A DNA stretch of 64,000 bases, taken from Bacillales bacterium (lineage in GTDB: Bacteria; Bacillota_I; Bacilli_A; RFN20; CAG-449). The notes under the pieces were generated by a model. That model saw nothing but the letters and a program-made list of their open reading frames with translations, had not been told where the DNA came from and ran no database searches. The DNA is taken from contig JAQXGN010000020.1 of assembly GCA_029006735.1 (NCBI GenBank), positions 35,902-99,901 on the forward strand. Reading direction: 5' to 3'. Positions 62,168 through 64,000 of this stretch are shown here, piece after piece. Every line of letters starts with the position of its first letter. The stretch's first letter is position 1. Made by a program: the position numbers and the translations under genes.

Positions 62168-63388
62168 TTACATTGCCTTTTTATTAAATAATGAAGAAAT
62201 CTTATCTTCATCTAATTTAGAACCAATTACAACAACTCTGCCTGTGTAATCTGGTTCGCCTGTTCTAATCTCATAATCACCTGCGACTAAATCAAAATAA
62301 TACCATTTATCATTATCACTCGCGCGAACAATACCTTTACTACGTAAAATCATGCCTAATCCTGCATCTTCATCACATAATGTTTTTAAGAAAGAATCTA
62401 ATTCATCATAAGTAAATGATCTCGGTGTTTCAATACCCCAAGAAACAAATACTTCATCTGCATCATGTCCATGATGGTGGTGATGATGTCCGCAACAACA
62501 TTCTTCATCTTCGTCATGATGGTGATGATGTTCATGATGACATTCACATTCTTCATCTTCATGATGGTGGCGATGGTGTCCGCAGCAGCATTCTTCATCT
62601 TCGTCATGATGATGGTGATGGTGTTCATGATGACAATCACATTCTTCATCCTCATGATGATGTCCACAGCAACACTCTTCATCTTCGTCGTGATGGTGGT
62701 GATGGTGTCCACAACAACATTCTTCATTTTCGTCATGATGGTGGTGATGATGTTCTTCTTCAACTTCAGCAATAAATTCATCACGCATAGAAGCTTTTTC
62801 TTCTAAATATGAAATCAATTTATCTGGATCTAATGAAGCAATATTAGTTGTGATAATATTTGCTTTAGCATTTACTTCTTTAACTAAAGACACACTTTCT
62901 ACTAATTTTTCTTCACTAATTTTATCTACTTTTGCAACAATAATTGTATCTGCAGAATTGACTTGATCTTTAAAGAACTCACCAAAATTCTTTAAATACA
63001 TTTTAACTTTCCCACCATCGACAACAGTAGCCAAAATGTTAATTTTAATTTCTTCTAACCCTACATTTTTTACTGCTTCAATGATATCTGATAATTTACC
63101 TACTCCAGAAGGTTCAATAATAATTCTATCTGGTGAATATACATCAATAATTTCTTTAATAGATTTTTCAAAATCACCTACTAAAGAACAACAGATACAT
63201 CCAGCATTAATTTCTTTAATTTGAATGCCTGAATCTTTTAGAAATGATCCATCAATACCAATTTCACCAAATTCATTCTCAATAATTACTACTTTTTCAT
63301 TCTTAATTCTATTTGAATCAAACATTTTTTTAATGAGTGTTGTTTTACCTGCTCCTAAAAATCCAGAAATAACATCTATTTTAAGCAT
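62168..63388 (-). CDS. COG0523 (CobW/ZigA/YciC-type) G3E metallochaperone GTPase with an expanded His/Cys/acidic linker
   Basis: Walker A ISGFLGAGKTTLI, metal motif GCICCS, CobW C-terminal domain. There is a roughly 100-aa insert of HHHHHHDEDEECCCG-type repeats. Confidence 0.8.
   Translation of the reverse strand: MLKIDVISGFLGAGKTTLIKKMFDSNRIKNEKVVIIENEFGEIGIDGSFLKDSGIQIKEINAGCICCSLVGDFEKSIKEIIDVYSPDRIIIEPSGVGKLSDIIEAVKNVGLEEIKINILATVVDGGKVKMYLKNFGEFFKDQVNSADTIIVAKVDKISEEKLVESVSLVKEVNAKANIITTNIASLDPDKLISYLEEKASMRDEFIAEVEEEHHHHHHDENEECCCGHHHHHHDEDEECCCGHHHEDEECDCHHEHHHHHHDEDEECCCGHHRHHHEDEECECHHEHHHHHDEDEECCCGHHHHHHGHDADEVFVSWGIETPRSFTYDELDSFLKTLCDEDAGLGMILRSKGIVRASDNDKWYYFDLVAGDYEIRTGEPDYTGRVVVIGSKLDEDKISSLFNKKAM
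62465..62776 (-). repeat. imperfect tandem coding repeats (about 45-48 nt units, about 7 copies) encoding His6-(D/E)4-CCCG modules
   Basis: The repetition makes all three forward and reverse frames open here (track ORFs 62398..62806). Visible as reiterated catgatggtggtgatg...acaacattcttcatcttcgtc. Confidence 0.8.
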
Positions 63389-63405
63389 AGCTATATAACC
63401 TCCTA

Positions 63406-63424
63406 TAAACTATTAAATAGTTTA
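63406..63424. promoter_or_regulatory. perfect 19-bp palindrome TAAACTATTaAATAGTTTA, candidate operator
   Basis: Starts 2 nt upstream of the AGGAGG RBS of the COG0523 gene, in the region shared with the divergent GH36-like gene. Coordinates are approximate. Confidence 0.4.
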
Positions 63425-63550
63425 ACACATTTTAATAATAAAAGAGTAAATAATAATTAAAAAATCTCTTTTTCACAAGATAATTCATTTTTAATCTACT
63501 AAATACTATCTTTTTGCGATATGATAATTTTGAAGGGAAAATTAAAACTC

Positions 63551-64000
63551 ATGGAAATTAAATACATAAAAAATGATAAAATCTTAAAATCAAAAGAAAA
63601 CGAAAACTTAGATTATAAACTCGAAAAAGAAATTATATCTTTAAATAATGGCGTTAGATACATCATTAAAATTCATCCAAAATGCCAAATAGAATTAAAA
63701 AAATTCTTCATGAAATTTGATTTCCCATATCATAAAGATGATTTAATTATGCCTAATGGTTATCAATCTTGGACAGATTCTCACACATCAAAAAGAAATG
63801 GCAGAAGAAGATCAAGCGTATATACTCCTAAATTAATATCAAAGATATATGGATTCAAATATTACGGTGATTGGTATATCAAAAAATATGGTTCTAGAAA
63901 AGGTGATTTCCATGCGTTCACTTTTGCTTCAATCTCAAGTAATAATAACGATACTCTTTTCGCATCATTAAATGATAAAAATTATTTTACTATATTTAAC
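63551..64000 (+). CDS. GH36-type alpha-galactosidase-like protein (N-terminal part; runs off the window)
   Basis: LIMPNGYQSWTDSH resembles VLVNNWQSWGPC of the Thermotoga GalA-type GH36 N-terminal region. GAAGGGA RBS. Confidence 0.4.
   Translation, partial: MEIKYIKNDKILKSKENENLDYKLEKEIISLNNGVRYIIKIHPKCQIELKKFFMKFDFPYHKDDLIMPNGYQSWTDSHTSKRNGRRRSSVYTPKLISKIYGFKYYGDWYIKKYGSRKGDFHAFTFASISSNNNDTLFASLNDKNYFTIFN

Noticed and set aside
62455-62790. CRISPR-like array suspicion from the periodic repeat
   Set aside because: The repeats are imperfect, contiguous without unique spacers, and in-frame coding within a clearly homologous GTPase. No cas genes are present.
62398-62806. Three overlapping ORFs (128, 119, 113 aa) on both strands
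   Set aside because: Frame artefacts of the His/Cys/Glu coding repeat inside the COG0523 gene. Translations are low-complexity (MMNLL.., DGGDDV.., MVVMM..).
63036-63224. 62-aa plus-strand ORF
   Set aside because: Antisense to the COG0523 gene.

Overview
Chromosomal window from a very AT-rich, standard-genetic-code, spore-forming low-GC Firmicute. Sporulation/coat genes (YlbJ, YlbD, YlbE, YlbF-like, YjcZ-like microprotein, CotD-like) lie in B. subtilis ylb-cluster synteny around coaD-rsmD. Gene content, in window order: a TetR-linked ABC exporter module (its permease is cut by the window edge and missing from the ORF track); a PhoR/PhoP-like two-component pair co-transcribed with a NptA-PhoU fusion; a RecC-RecB-RecD type helicase-nuclease operon, unusual where AddAB is expected; a decayed integrative islet at the 3' end of tRNA-Glu/tRNA-Asn with a class II Fic protein, an XRE regulator carrying an in-frame stop, and an IS21 IstB fragment; an orphan ACP; a large Big_2-repeat surface protein fused to a VanZ-like membrane domain; an ABC exporter, topoisomerase III, GluRS and YitT; housekeeping genes def, RNase J, maf and trpS; a glucuronide/glucuronate catabolic operon (gusA with one in-frame TAA, uxuB-like SDR, uxuA, uxaC, eda, kdgK, MocA-type oxidoreductase); YggS; an M28 peptidase; an AlbA_2/Schlafen-type ATP-binding protein beside tRNA-Arg flanked by short repeats. 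The strongest candidate for something undescribed is a tightly packed four-gene operon divergent from a ZIP metal importer: a COG0523 G3E GTPase with an extreme His/Cys/Asp/Glu repeat array, a degenerate second G3E paralog, a circularly permuted N6/N4-methyltransferase-like protein whose catalytic DPPY motif reads SPSI, and a lipoprotein, all behind a perfect 19-bp palindrome. No CRISPR array or rRNA was found. Coordinates derived by hand rather than from the ORF track may be off by a few nucleotides.
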